Positions 13,401 to 25,497 of a stretch of DNA of 64,000 bases are shown piece by piece. Below the pieces are notes generated by a model. It did no database searches. It saw nothing but the letters and a program-made list of their open reading frames with translations, and was not told the DNA's origin. The position numbers and the translations under genes were made by a program. Position 1 is the first letter of the stretch. Each line of letters opens with the position of its first letter. This DNA comes from Balanoglossus misakiensis (lineage: Eukaryota > Animalia > Hemichordata): contig CM082578.2 in NCBI GenBank assembly GCA_040954595.2, forward strand, positions 17,677,912 through 17,741,911, given 5' to 3'.

Positions 13401-16400
13401 TACGTGCCAAAGAAATATATTTCACAGAAATATCAAGTATCGTATATCCCTATTAAATAAAACCTGTTTATATTGTAGCTTTTAGGCGTAAAAGGTGAAA
13501 CTTCACAGACCTTGCAGAGAGGCATGTGTTTCTCTGCAATAAATTCATTATTTCAAAGTTGCCACGGGCATTTTATATCGGCAGTTTATCTGAGGACTTT
13601 TGTGTCTGGCATACAGTATTAACAACAACCTCGGGTTTCCAAATATTGACCGAAAGATATCAATTGGCAACTGGATGTGACAAGAATATCCTCTGGTAGG
13701 AGGGTTGCCTTTGTGAGAAAACTCTCTGGCATTCCTTAAATTGTTGCAAGGATTTGGAAATCGTATGTGAGACGCACATGCAAATTGCTCGGTCAAAGGA
13801 AAAAAAAAAGAGAGAGAAAAAATCGGAAAACAACAACAGGATCACTGTTGACATTGTGTGCCGTGTTTTGTTGCCCTGGTCAGTTGACGGCGCAGAGATC
13901 GAGAAAGTTGTTATCTAAACAAAGCTTTTCTGTCACTTTTGATGGCCGTTTTTTTTCAGGGGGCCCCACCTCTCAAACTCAGAGCCGTTCACATTACTCA
14001 GTTGAAGTGCTTGTGAAATGAAACAGACCCTCCACTATAAAGGAGAGTTGTGTGGAATTCCTTCATCAGTTGTATTTTAGAGTGTGCTGGGAGATGCCTC
14101 GGATCTTTGTCGGAAAGCGAACCAAACTGAAATAATGTTTTGTGTGACTGTTTCTTTGTCCACACAGAGGTCTATGAGTTTCCGAAATATCAACTCATCA
14201 CCCAACTTCACCATCAAACCATACACCAAACCGCAGGCCACGCCGACCAAGAGAAGAAACAGCAAACTGTGGTGTGAAACTGTTCAAAGCGATGTCAATC
14301 AGTTCTTGTCTTCAGTTGACTGCAAGAGACAAGAGGTAGGAGGTTTTTTTTGTCTTTCTATGTTTTTCAAAATCTTTGTTGTGCTTACGTGTGAGAAAGC
14401 CACTTTCATTTCCTCTTGATTGTTATTTGTTCAAATGATTGTATTGTGTGTTCTCTTATATTGTACTGTGCATTTTCTCTTTTCTAAACATACTTTTCAT
14501 GCAAAGTTGAATGACTTGTGTGCATTTGCGTCAATTATTTTTTTTGATTTGATGTAGTTTGTTTTTGTTTTTCACTGGTTTTGTCTCTTCTGGTCATTGA
14601 TTGATGTCAGTTCCATTCAGGAAGTGTGAATGTGGTTTTTATTAATTCCACAGTGTCACATGTGGTTTCCATACAGTGCAAATACCTTCAGACGTTGCAG
14701 AACTATTTGTTTTCACTTTCTTGAGTGTGGAAAAATAAAATAAAATTGTAATTTGCAAGCCAGAAAGTTTCACACTCTTTATGAACTCATTTGTGCAAGC
14801 AGAGAAAATAGTCGGGAAAAGTGACAAACTCTCAGGTAGGCAGGAAAAGTGTAATGGATTTCAAGTAATCTCATTCCCAACAAACACTTCCATCAACAAT
14901 GTCAAGTGTCAGGTTTCAGGCAAGTTTCCAGCGTCTCCTAGGCGACGCCAAGTTAGCAGTGTTATCAAAACAACAGAGTGGCAAACATCATACAAAATAT
15001 TTAATAGAGGGCAATTTTTAGAGATTGAGCAAAAGGGTCTTGTTTATTTGAAGAATAGCCATCCAGGTAAACCTGAAATGAAATAAAAGAGGTAAGGGAT
15101 TCAGTGGTCGATCACCCTGCATACCTATTCTAGTGTCTTCCTGTGTAGACAGAGTAGACAATGAAAACTAAAAAACATGGTAAAGTTTAGCTGTTAGTCT
15201 TTAAAGTCATGAAAAGGCAAACAGAAAAAAATGGCATAGATGTGAAGAAAAAAAGTTGGAAAAGTCGTGGTCTATGCGCAATATGCATTTCAGTGTTATT
15301 TGTGCGTTTTTTGCCAGGTTTTAGGATGTCTGGTGGCCCACATACTTCGAATGGTTTAACTCTTGATGTGACATCAGCCTGAACAATACACCCCTATAAA
15401 GTGTTATCATACCTGTGCAGTGACTTGACAATAGACTCTAGTTTGCATACCTCAGCGGTTAAAGACCCCTTTTTATGAGACTTCCTCACTGTCGGCAGGA
15501 GGAGTAACATTCACCGGTCTCATAAACACGGCCAGATCAAATGTGTGAGTTTTAATGCTTTACGAGGGACAAGTATTAGTTGTGCTGTGGGCGTCAACAG
15601 TTAAGTTCCCCCCTGTATAATATAATCAGACACGATTTGGACTGCGCTGATAGATTCCTGTAATGATTGACGTCATGACAAAGGCCCACGGGGGAACTTG
15701 AGCAGTCTGTTGGAATCGTACACCTAAATAGTTACTGTTAGTCACCGGCTTTGCTTCGTGTTTGGAAAATAATTGTGTTTTCGGTCCATTTGCTTGTGTT
15801 TGCCAAGCCATTTGGTGTACTGCGGAAGGGAAGGGAGAAAAAAGTCTGACAGCTAGCAGCAAACAGACTCATTGAGACATGCACTCGGAACTGAGCCGTA
15901 GGTCTGAGTTAACTATCTTCTGCCGACTTCTCACTTTCACCTGAAGTGCCGACTACAAACAGCTGTTCAAATTGTCAGTTTCTCAAACCTGCGCAAAAAA
16001 TCTTCCCTCTGCATTCACTTTTCTGAAACAGGAAGTCCGTCTTTGCAGTGACACGACTCCAGAAAGTTGTTTTTCTCGAAGTGGGGTTAAACAAGTAGAA
16101 GAGATTGACAACATGTTTGTAAACACAGTATACAGCCGGAATGACTTAATTGCCCCCTACTTGTTATAGCAGAGAGACTCTCTGTTGTTTACAAAACGAA
16201 AAATCAGTTTTGATATTAAAATCATAAGTACAGTTAAAACCATGCAAAACATTCAAATTTTCTTCAAGTATTGTTGATAGGAAGGAGTGTGCTTCATCGG
16301 CTGTCTCGTTCATTTGGTTGAAAACTAACTGATTGCCATTCAGTTACATAACTGTTCCGACAATCACACACTGACATGAGTGGCTACATTTGTATCTCTA

Positions 16401-19400
16401 ATCAAAGACGTCATCATTCACACTAAAGCTACTTAATACGATAAACTCGCACACGGTTTCACAGAAATACTTACTCTGGGTGTTCCCCGGGTGTACTTCG
16501 CCTATTTTTGTAACAAGGATTAAATATAGTACCAAGGGAATCACATTTCTACAAGTTTGCAGAAATTGCAATAAATCACTGTCATAACCATATAAATTTA
16601 TTGAAAGGCTACGTGTGCTTTGAGGAGTATTCCTTTGGCAAAATTATTTCCCTTATTAATATGAGTTGGATAATTCTCTTATTAATGAGTCAAAATAATT
16701 TTTTCCAAGTACTTGGTACAGTTATAGATCACTTTCATCTCTGGTCTCAATATTGTGTTCAGAATACGCGAAGATGTGTTCACAAGCGGAAAAGACGTCA
16801 AAAGCATCAATCTGTCCATCACTGCGTCAGAAGTATCAGTTGTAAAACAAAAGCTGTGTTACTGTAATTTTTCAATGTGAATGACTGGAATGAGGTGTTT
16901 TGTGGTTATGAAATTAAAAAAAAAAATTGAATTGCCAGAGGAATTGACAGAGAAAAAATGTTGTTTGAAGATGGACAGAGAGGATTGGCAGTTATGTCGT
17001 GTGAGTAGTAGGAGAGTTGAAATGATGAAAAAGAAAATGCCAAGGCCTGCTTGTGGTTGAGTATTAGAGGAAAGAATAAAATAATTTCAGTAAAAGGGGT
17101 TATTGGTTAAGTTGTTGTGTTTTATGGCATTTCCTCTAATGTCAGATGATTTACATTACTGCCCACATGATCTGCAAGTCTAAATAAATAATGATGGGCT
17201 GTAAACATATTGATGACGCAGGTACTAAGGAAAATTAGGAGGATCATCTAGAATCAGGTCATGGAAGGAAAAAATAATTGAACAATAAAAGTTCAAACCA
17301 ATCAAATCAAATCAGAGAAGAAAGCTGTACCGCCAGTCGGTTGTAAGAGTCACCAAAATTTGGGTCAACTGCTGGTGTAACAAACAAACCACTTATGGAT
17401 GAGACTGCCGATTCCAATATGCGCCTTCAGCTCTGTCAATGGACACCGTTCCTCCATTTCTGCCGGCATTGCTGGGGCTTCTCAATTCACCTACTTTTAT
17501 TATAAGAAGCCATACGCATTTGAGTGATCTCTTGGTGTCCCTGCAGCACATCTGAAATCCTAGATGGTCCAATAATGTGTTTCACAAACACGAAGGAATG
17601 TCCACCAAAATATTTTCAACTTGGATGGCAGGCAAAGCTAATATAGGATGGGGACATAGTTGATGACAGCAATATAAGGCTCATATGATTCATTGATAGC
17701 TTTGTTTGTTCACTCAGTGTAAGAGGAATCTTCAGAGTTAAAAATAACTCCTGTTTTATCAATGTTTGGTTTGTCTAAAACCACCACAAAATCTAGTTGG
17801 AAAAAGAAGGAGAAATAACATTATTGAATGTGGAGAGATTGCTAATTTTTGCTTAATAACCACATGACAGAAAGTGGGAATCTAAATTTAAAATGTCTTC
17901 TTTTTGTTTGTTTATTTTTCCAGGCAATATTTGAATTATTTCAAGGTGAGGAAGACCTGATAGAAGATTTGAAACTAATCAAGAAGACGTACTATGACTC
18001 TATGAAGTCACTAGGAATTCTAACAGAACATGAACTCAACACGATATTTGGGCCTTTGGAAAACCTGCTGCCACTCCATGAAGGTGAGACATGTTTTTCG
18101 TCTTGTTCTCTTAGCTAATCCAGTGTTTGTATTGGATGGAGCCTGAGAATGTTTTTTACCCAGCAGAGAATACACAACATCGGGAAATTAATTTGTAATT
18201 GTTTTTTTTGTAATTACAAGTAATTATTCCTGCGTAAAGACATAAACAAGTTTAACTGTCGCAACTCTGTGGTTGGCAGAGTTAATTTAATTTGAATATA
18301 GTAATTCAACACTTAGTGTTGTACAAATGTACTTGTATCTTTCAGGGTGAGTTTTAGGACATGGAGTAGAATTCACTTTATTGTTAAAGTAGATTTTGCT
18401 GTCAAAACTGTTTGTCACATCTCTGAACATCTGTCTCTTTTTTTACCAGAACTTGTTGAAAATCTGAAAAAGCAGAGACAGAAAGATGGCACCACAGAGA
18501 ACATAGCAAGGGTCATACTAGAATGGGTAAGTACTTGAGTCAATCAAAGTAGTGCATTGAACTAGAGGGGTCTCTATCCTAGAATTTGCCAAGTCAACTG
18601 AATCGGGGATGTTCTAGTTTGCATGAATTGTGTGTGTGTGATGCAACAGGGTAATTTTCAACAAATTTGATTCCATTTTTCGACCCATGGCGAATTTGAT
18701 AGTGTTGTCAATCTCCCAGCTGGATTTGTGGGGCACAGTACATGTCTTTTGACTGTGGCTTGTCATCCTATATCTGAGCTAATTTGTAGTTTAATTTTCA
18801 TTGATGGGTTTGCGTGGCTCGATTTCACTCTGTCTCTGTGTGGGTCCATTGTAGAATTTGACCACTATCCAAATGACAGCTACCATAATCAAAATTGGCA
18901 AGGATGGTTGGGTGGATGCTTACATGTATTATTACCCAAGGTCAAATAGAGTGACATGTACGTTGTACTTTGAATTTCCGATGTCTACAATGAGCGTCAG
19001 CACCCGTGCAATTTAGCGGGGTTATGGATGAGCTGACGTCCAAATTACGAGAGAGAGAAACGTGATGAACACCTGTAAGGAAGTGCGTAGGAGCAAATGT
19101 TAACATCACAGTTTACTGACATTTGTACAGAGTGACATTACTGTGCATCAACGGATAAATCACGTGTACTGCCCCACTTTCTCTGACCACATGAATAACT
19201 CACCCTGTCCACTGACTCCCTTAGCACCAATTGACACAAAACCAATTGTTTTATTCCCGATTCCAGCTTCCGCGCCTATCTGGCAGCTACGTGTCCTATT
19301 GTTCCAACCAAGTGGCAGCTAAGGCCCTCCTGGACGAGAAGAAACTTGACAAGAAAGTGGAGGACTTCCTCCAGAGGTGTTTAGAATCCCCGTTCAGCCG

Positions 19401-21745
19401 AAAACTGGATCTGTGGAATTTTCTAGACGTGCCCAGGAGTCGACTGGTCAAATATCCGCTTCTGCTCAAGAACATCTTACAGTTAACATCAGCAGAACAT
19501 GAAGAAAGACAGTATCTTATTGATGCTGTAAGTCTCCCCTCTTTTTGGTTTCCATGGTTTCTGTGTGTTTTTGCTTGTGTTGTGAGCGTGACTTAATGGG
19601 TTAAGTAGTCTCAAAACTGAAAAAATCATTGAAAGCTTGATATTTTGACTAGGATGATGTGTTAATTGGATTTTGAATTTGTTTGATTGATTGATTATGT
19701 TTTATCAATTTTTCAGGTGAAAGTCTCAGAAAGTATAGTCAGACAAGTGGACAGGAAGACAGGGGAAGCCAAGTGTAGGCACTATATCAGTTCATTTGAA
19801 TACCTTGACGAGAAACAGATGGACCCACTCATCAACAAACAGAAAGTCTTACTTTGTGGTGGAGTGCTACGGAATAACAAAGGAACAGTAAGTGATTTTT
19901 ACATGCAAGCGTATGATGTTTCTATTTCAGGTCTATCATGGAGAATTTCAACATGGGTGTTCAAGGCAGGCGTTCATTTGTTGCACAGGTTGCAGTTTTT
20001 TTTAACAAAATTTGTTCTATTTTGAAATGCAAGCTAACTAGAATTCTGCTTCATTAGTTCCTGAAATGAGTTGCCCAGCCGTTGAACTGCCCAAAGCTAA
20101 ACTCTATTTGTGTGGCATCTCTGCTATACAGGACTTCCATTATTACAGTATACAGGAAATCTCCAATCCTTTGTTTTACTGTTCCTTTTTTGAAAATGTG
20201 TATTGTCATGTCTAAAAGTACGATACAGTGAATGATAAATATATAATAGTTTTCATTGATGTTTTTTTACTGTCTTTCAGAAGCTGCATGTGTTCCTGTT
20301 TGAAGACATCTTGGTGTTCTCAAGACAGGCAGTCAAAAACGACAAGAAGTGTTTCCAGGTGTACAGGCAACCCATCCCTGTTAGGCAGCTCATGTTGGAA
20401 GATCTTGAAGACGGAGAAGTGAAGATGGGAGGATCGTTCAGGGGAGCATTTACACAACAACAAGGTAAGGGAGATAACGCAGGGATTTATTGTTGCTTTT
20501 TAGGTAGCCTAGGGAGCCTAAACTGGGCATAAGAACCATTCAAAGCTCTCTTCCTTAGACAAGGGGGAAAATACCAACATAGGAAATCATTTTCGTCCAA
20601 CTTCAAGGTTTTCCAGCATTGGCACAAAAATTAAAGTATTTGTAATTCAGAATCCAATGCAAATTATTAATGCTGTAAAAATTTTGATGTGGGGGAAAAA
20701 AACCTGAGCAGTGGTGGTGGTCGGTCAACAGTTGTCAAAGATAGGCATCAGAGTTTCAACTTGAATGGTTTCTTCAGGAAATGATCCATGTTCCAAAATG
20801 CTACGGGTGAAACAACCCATTAAACTTCTGCCGGGGAAAAAAAGCTGTTCAATGCCAGATTTCCCCCCCCCCCCCCCCCCCCCCCCCAGACAATTGTTTC
20901 TTCTCTCTGAACGTTCACAGGGGCCGCTTTTTTGATATTATCTGAACGTGGAGGGTTTTTTTTGCGCCAGTCTGCCAAAACCCCCACTGGCATCAAGCAG
21001 ATCTGGTAATGAGAAATGTAACCATACCCACTGCTCTCTAATTATTGATAAAAAGTAGCATGGATTGCCAGCCATGGGACTAGTCTTGGTAATAGTCCTT
21101 CGTGCAGTCCAGTGTTTAGACATTGCTTCGGGCAGAACAGCAGGGATTACTTCCGAAAGCGATGTGTTTCAAACCACCACATTTTCTGGCTTTGGGTTTG
21201 TGGTCCCAGTCCTTATCATGGGCTGACCCCTATTTCCTTGCATGTAAACTTCACCCTGGTAAATTTCATCCTAAGAAAACAAAAACCGACTCAGATAACC
21301 GAGGCTTGTTTGGTTTTTATGCTCATGTGTCAGGATGTAATGGTTTTTGTGTCTTTTAAATTGTTTACGTAGCGGCAAACTGAACTCAGACTCTGGGACG
21401 TCTGCTTTGGGCGATGTTTATTGCGCAGAGCAAACGATCAGACTCCTAAACTGTTGGGTAGGGCCAACAGACAAAACACTCTTTTTTATGTAAAGTATCA
21501 ACACAGTTATTGGGGCAAATTAGTACTTCCATGCTAGCACCAATTGACTGTTTCGTGTATAAAGTATCATTAATGTCTGGTGTTCCTTTCTTGCAGCCAA
21601 ACACATGTTCCGGATAACACCCACTGACCCAACATTGGGACAAGGCCATGTCTTGCAAGCCAATGATGAGCACGACAAAAAACAGTGGATGCAGCTCCTA
21701 CGAAGTGTCATGCCTGCCGTTCCCAAGATGGAAAGCGTGGTTTGA
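1403..21745 (+). CDS. NET1: NET1/ARHGEF3-family Rho guanine nucleotide exchange factor (DH-PH), about 516 aa, 11 coding exons
   Basis: Phase-consistent GT-AG exons: 1403-1530, 2733-2820, 3721-3783, 12407-12508, 14168-14335, 17924-18083, 18450-18526, 19267-19527, 19717-19887, 20281-20464, 21597-21745. Peptides RKRKRKEPDDDNISVCSLDLK-EPSSKRGR, KRQEAIFELFQGEEDLIEDLKL, YCSNQVAAKALLDEKK...DFLQRCLESPFSRKLDLWNFLDVPRSRLVKYPLLLK, QVYRQPIPV...EDLEDGEVKMGGSFRGAF and LQANDEHDKKQW match recalled NET1/ARHGEF3. Ends in ESVV*, a class I PDZ-binding motif (NET1 has ETLV). The first two exons are less certain than the core. Confidence 0.93.
1864..2506. mobile_element. Non-autonomous TIR element with TTAA ends (TTAAAGGGACAAAGTC...GACTTTGTCCCTTTAA; Kolobok-like), interrupted by a second element
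   Basis: 1864-1962 and 2390-2506 are degenerate inverted repeats of each other (ggacaaagtctctctc, ttttcccatt, tgtttgat, tagtgaatcaacattcaacca) bounded by TTAA. Confidence 0.65.
1988..2378. mobile_element. MITE with about 58-bp terminal inverted repeats, nested in the TTAA element
   Basis: Left gatgtgagagtaaaaatctcgccaaaatgaataaatggtaaacactgattattcatttt is the near-perfect reverse complement of right aaaatgaatattcggtgtttccatttattcattttggcgagatttttactctcatatc. Interior has a G27 run and three caaaatggccgcc motifs. Confidence 0.75.
2630..2704. mobile_element. 75-bp palindromic mini-element with 30-bp perfect TIRs and a 9-bp target-site duplication
   Basis: tagctctgcgtggcagggctgtgttgttac-(15 nt)-gtaacaacacagccctgccacgcagagcta, flanked on both sides by ggaataatg (2621-2629 and 2705-2713). 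Confidence 0.85.
8010..8073. repeat. Near-perfect inverted repeat (29-bp arms, one mismatch, 6-nt loop)
   Basis: aaatatcaccaaattcaactcttggcatt / taattt / aatgccaagagttgaatttgctgatattt. Confidence 0.8.
11328..11412 (+). promoter_or_regulatory. Candidate internal promoter: reverse CCAAT (tgattgg) and GC box (gtgggcggagct)
   Basis: Motifs seen directly upstream of the candidate alternative first exon at 11597. Confidence 0.4.
11597..11668 (+). CDS. Putative alternative first coding exon of the NET1-like gene (short isoform, MVFHGSPTMSITRYGSYDFLASLE)
   Basis: ATG at 11597, 24 codons, GAG|gtaatt donor in phase 0 matching the phase-0 acceptor at 12407. GC box and reverse CCAAT lie 200-270 bp upstream. 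Vertebrate NET1A and ARHGEF3 join their alternative N-termini at the same point. Confidence 0.55.
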
Positions 21746-23334
21746 GATTCCTTTTGGGGGAAGAGGGGGCTCTCATCCAAGGACAAATTGCATCCAAGAC
21801 CAGTTGACGGTCATACAGCACCGAGCGGTGTGTGTATATAATATGCATACAAAGACCCGCAACATGCAGCCGCTTCAAGGTGCAGTGACGTACGGTCTCC
21901 ACGCCGACACTATCGGAAGAAATGGACGTACAAATGTACAACTCCGATTCAGATCCATAGTGTGCGAATCTACTGCCAAAGCAATGGACATGAAACACCA
22001 GTATTAAGCAAAATCACACCTCTTGAAGGACAATATTGTGATGAAGAAACAAAAGTTACAGCGAAAAACAAACTGTGCCATGCTGTTCTCGAAACTGACT
22101 TTTCCTGCAGAAAGGGCTTCACTGACTTTCAGATTTACACAAACAACTATCCTGGAGTTTTGTCTTCTATTTATTTATTTTTTTAATTGTTCATTCTCAT
22201 TTTTAAATCTAAATCTACTGTAAGAAAATGGTCCTGAAATATTTAACTATATATGGAACCAGTCGGTAGCTGTGATCATCTCAAAAAAATTCTGAAACAA
22301 CAATCAATGTATATTCAGATCCCGGATATTTAAAAATCTTACATGGGACCAAATTTGAAAATTCTGAAATTTAAAAAAAATCTTTATTTTTAGGGAAAAA
22401 ATTACCAGAAATGTATATAGTACTTCCCAAAGTTTGATCTACTGTAAGTGTCTTACTGTGGTCCTGTTTATCCTGAATTTTGTCTCCAGTGCATACATTC
22501 CTGGTTTTCTAAAAGCAATTTTCACACTTTGTTGTTTTTGTACAAATCATGTAAAGCTGTGTAAATTTTTTTCCATCTAATTATGTGTGTAATTGTTGTA
22601 TCTGTCAGCTATACAGAACTGAAACTGTGCATCGTTGTCTCTGTCTGTGTAAAACATGTATAGCCTGTCATAGAGAGACACAGTAGGGTTGTTGAAACCC
22701 TGCTTGCAAGAGAATGTCAACACTTTTGTTGTGTAGCCTAGAGATATTTATCCATCAATGTGATCTCCTTCGTTAGCAGTGCCCCCAACATGTCTGCGAC
22801 AACGGAGTGCATCTCAATGCACGCACAACATTAATAGTGTAATAACCCATTCCAACAAATACTCTTGTTTGTCTCCAAGTGTCTCGTGACGTGTCTTGAG
22901 TACTTTTAAAGTTTTTTCAAGTTCAAAAGTAAACTTATGTTGTTCACCTTTTTGAGGGATGGGGGTGATTTTCAATGTACTTTTTTCCATGGTGTTTTTG
23001 TCAACTACTGACATGTTATTTACAGCAAGTTTTCAAAAAAACAAACACTGGTAGCTACTAGTTTTCATGCTGCTCATTGCTCCAAGCCTTACTCTGTCTC
23101 TGAAGTAGTAATAGGGGTAGCACAAAGAATTAAACCTTAGCACTTGAAATGTTGCATCAAAGTTTTCAACGAAGATTCTCTTTTAGGAAATCAATTACAA
23201 TGAACATTTATAAACCACAGTGGGAGAACCAGTATTCGGCTTTTAATCTGAAGAAATAAAACTTACTACTGTTGTGGTATGAGTTAAATTACTCAGGAAT
23301 TGGGGAGGGAGAGGAAGGGGGTTGTGGAACACTT

Positions 23335-23428
23335 TTAACCCTTTCACCAACATGGTTTGGTCCAAATCCATTGTTTTCTATGGTAACGTTGGACCACTAC
23401 AGAGGGAAACGGGGAGTGAAAGGGTTAA
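23335..23428 (+). mobile_element. About 90-bp TTAA-flanked MITE (piggyBac-type CCCTTTCAC...GTGAAAGGG ends), copy 1
   Basis: ttaa-ccctttcac...gtgaaaggg-ttaa. Two more diverged copies are present in the window. Confidence 0.8.
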
Positions 23429-23724
23429 GAATGAATGTCAACATTTCAAAAGGCTACAAATTAGTGAGAGGCTATATTCTTTTAATTTATCTGAATACTT
23501 TTTTTTTTCTTCTAAAATTGACACTGCCTTTCAATTTGAGGTGAATGGGAATCTATATTTTAGAAATCTCTGTAGATGTCATTTCAATGCACCGGAGCTC
23601 ACTTTGAAAACGAGTTCAACACTTTTTTTTGTAATTGTACATAAAATAGGAATCTTTATTGTTTTTTGTTGAGACACTTCAAGTTTTTAAAGTATCAATG
23701 CAGTATGTTCACTGTGTACCACGA

Positions 23725-23730
23725 AATAAA
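23725..23730 (+). terminator. Probable polyadenylation signal of the NET1-like gene
   Basis: AATAAA after a U-rich, TGTA-rich 3'UTR-like stretch and followed by a GT-rich tract. An alternative AATAAA lies near 23255. Confidence 0.4.
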
Positions 23731-24934
23731 ACCATTGGAACGTTGAAAATGGAAATCGTTTTCAATGTGTGTGTCAGCATTGCTTTCACTGCTGAGAGGG
23801 GGTGGGGGGGGGGGTGGGCTCATAACTTGTAGTATGTTCCACATAGAACGATACTACATGTAATTACTGTACAACAGATGACCAGCATATTAAAAAACAG
23901 AGAAAGAGCAAGTATCCACAGAAGCCTATCATATTTCAGTGTGGGGATTCTTTCCCTTGGCCCACAATATCACTACGCAGTTGTACATGATGTGTCAAAT
24001 TTCAAATTAAATTTCCAAAACAGGTATATGATTACTCCAGGTAACAAAAATCCTGTCTGATCAAGAGCTTCAAGCAAATCAAAGAAAGAAGTTCAAAAAA
24101 TAAGACCTTCCAGAAAATTTGAGTGCTGACATCCGTGACCTGACATTTCAACAGGACAATCATTTAGTGGCCTCAAGAACCATCAATCACGGTCAAATTT
24201 CTCCCGCATCGCAGATCAATGTCATTGACCTGTAGAATTTACACTTGATCCTGACAAAAATGCAAAAACAGTTGAGGGGCAGACCTTGAAAGTCCATTGT
24301 GAAAAAATGCACAGCCTGACTCTACTGACCAACTCCCAGATGTTATAAAGTCTTCTGCTGTTTGTACAAATACACAAATCTCAAGACTGGCAATTGCAGA
24401 AGAAAATACTGAACAAAAACATATTCGACCTACACATTGTCCATCATCCAAGTAAAGTAAACAAGTCATAAGACCAGAGCCAAAAAAATTCCTCTGAGAT
24501 GTAACATACATGACAATATTTTTTTAGTATCTGTTCCAAATTTACCCATTAGGAAAACGTAACAGAGCTATCAGTCTCTGTGGTCATCTGGTGACGCAGT
24601 TGATTGGCACAGATCCCTGCTGCATGAATGTCTGTTGGTAATTATCTCCACTCAGCATAAAAGTGTCCAGCTACTTATAGTGGTCATACTTTTATGCAAG
24701 CTGGGCCGATATATAAAAGAGATCAAACGAACGGCCTGAGTGGTAAACTGTCGTTCATCAGTGTGAACCAGTCTAACCTCTCGTTTCATGCCCCTGAAGT
24801 GAAAAACGCTGTGACTGAAAATACTACACGCATACTTGGGAAAGTTGAAATGTCTCTGATGAACTGAAGAAGAATTCTGCTGATTGCATTACTGCTTTGC
24901 AGCTGTTATTAGAAATCAACTTGTTGTACGGAGT

Positions 24935-25025
24935 TTGACCCTTTCACCCCAGTTTCCCTGTATAGAGGTCCAACTATAGCATAGACAATAATGGATTTGG
25001 ACCAAACCATGATCTGAAGAATTTA
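24935..25025 (-). mobile_element. Same MITE family, copy 2 (inverted, diverged)
   Basis: ccctttcaccccagtttccctgta...ggtccaac...aatggatttggaccaaaccatg is the reverse complement of copy 1. Confidence 0.75.
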
Positions 25026-25497
25026 TCATTGTTTAATAAACAGAAATATTGTTTCTGACAAGACTTTCACAGGTGAAGCTCAATTACAATTATTTACAAT
25101 GATTTAAAAATCAAGTATGGCTAAATGGAGGGATTTCCTCATACCCAGTCTCTTGCAGTGTCATAGCAGAAAAAAAAGTGAAATAATTCACAATCATTCA
25201 TAGACATGAACCAAACTTAGTTTTTACAACCAATTTTGAAATTGAACGGTAGAGGGCGGCCTTATCATCACCTGGGCTTCAAGGCAAGCTCAACATTTGT
25301 AAATGTTGTTTGACGTGCATGTTTCACACAATCTGTGTCACTGAATAGTGTTCAGAATTGTAACATCTAACACAGTCCGCGTGACTAACTCTTCTTGGTT
25401 GACAGCATGAGGCGGTGTGGTTTCGACCAGAAATCAGACGAACGGCAATGTGGTGTGTTTTGATCAGCCATCAACTTCCAGCAGCAAAAACTGTATT

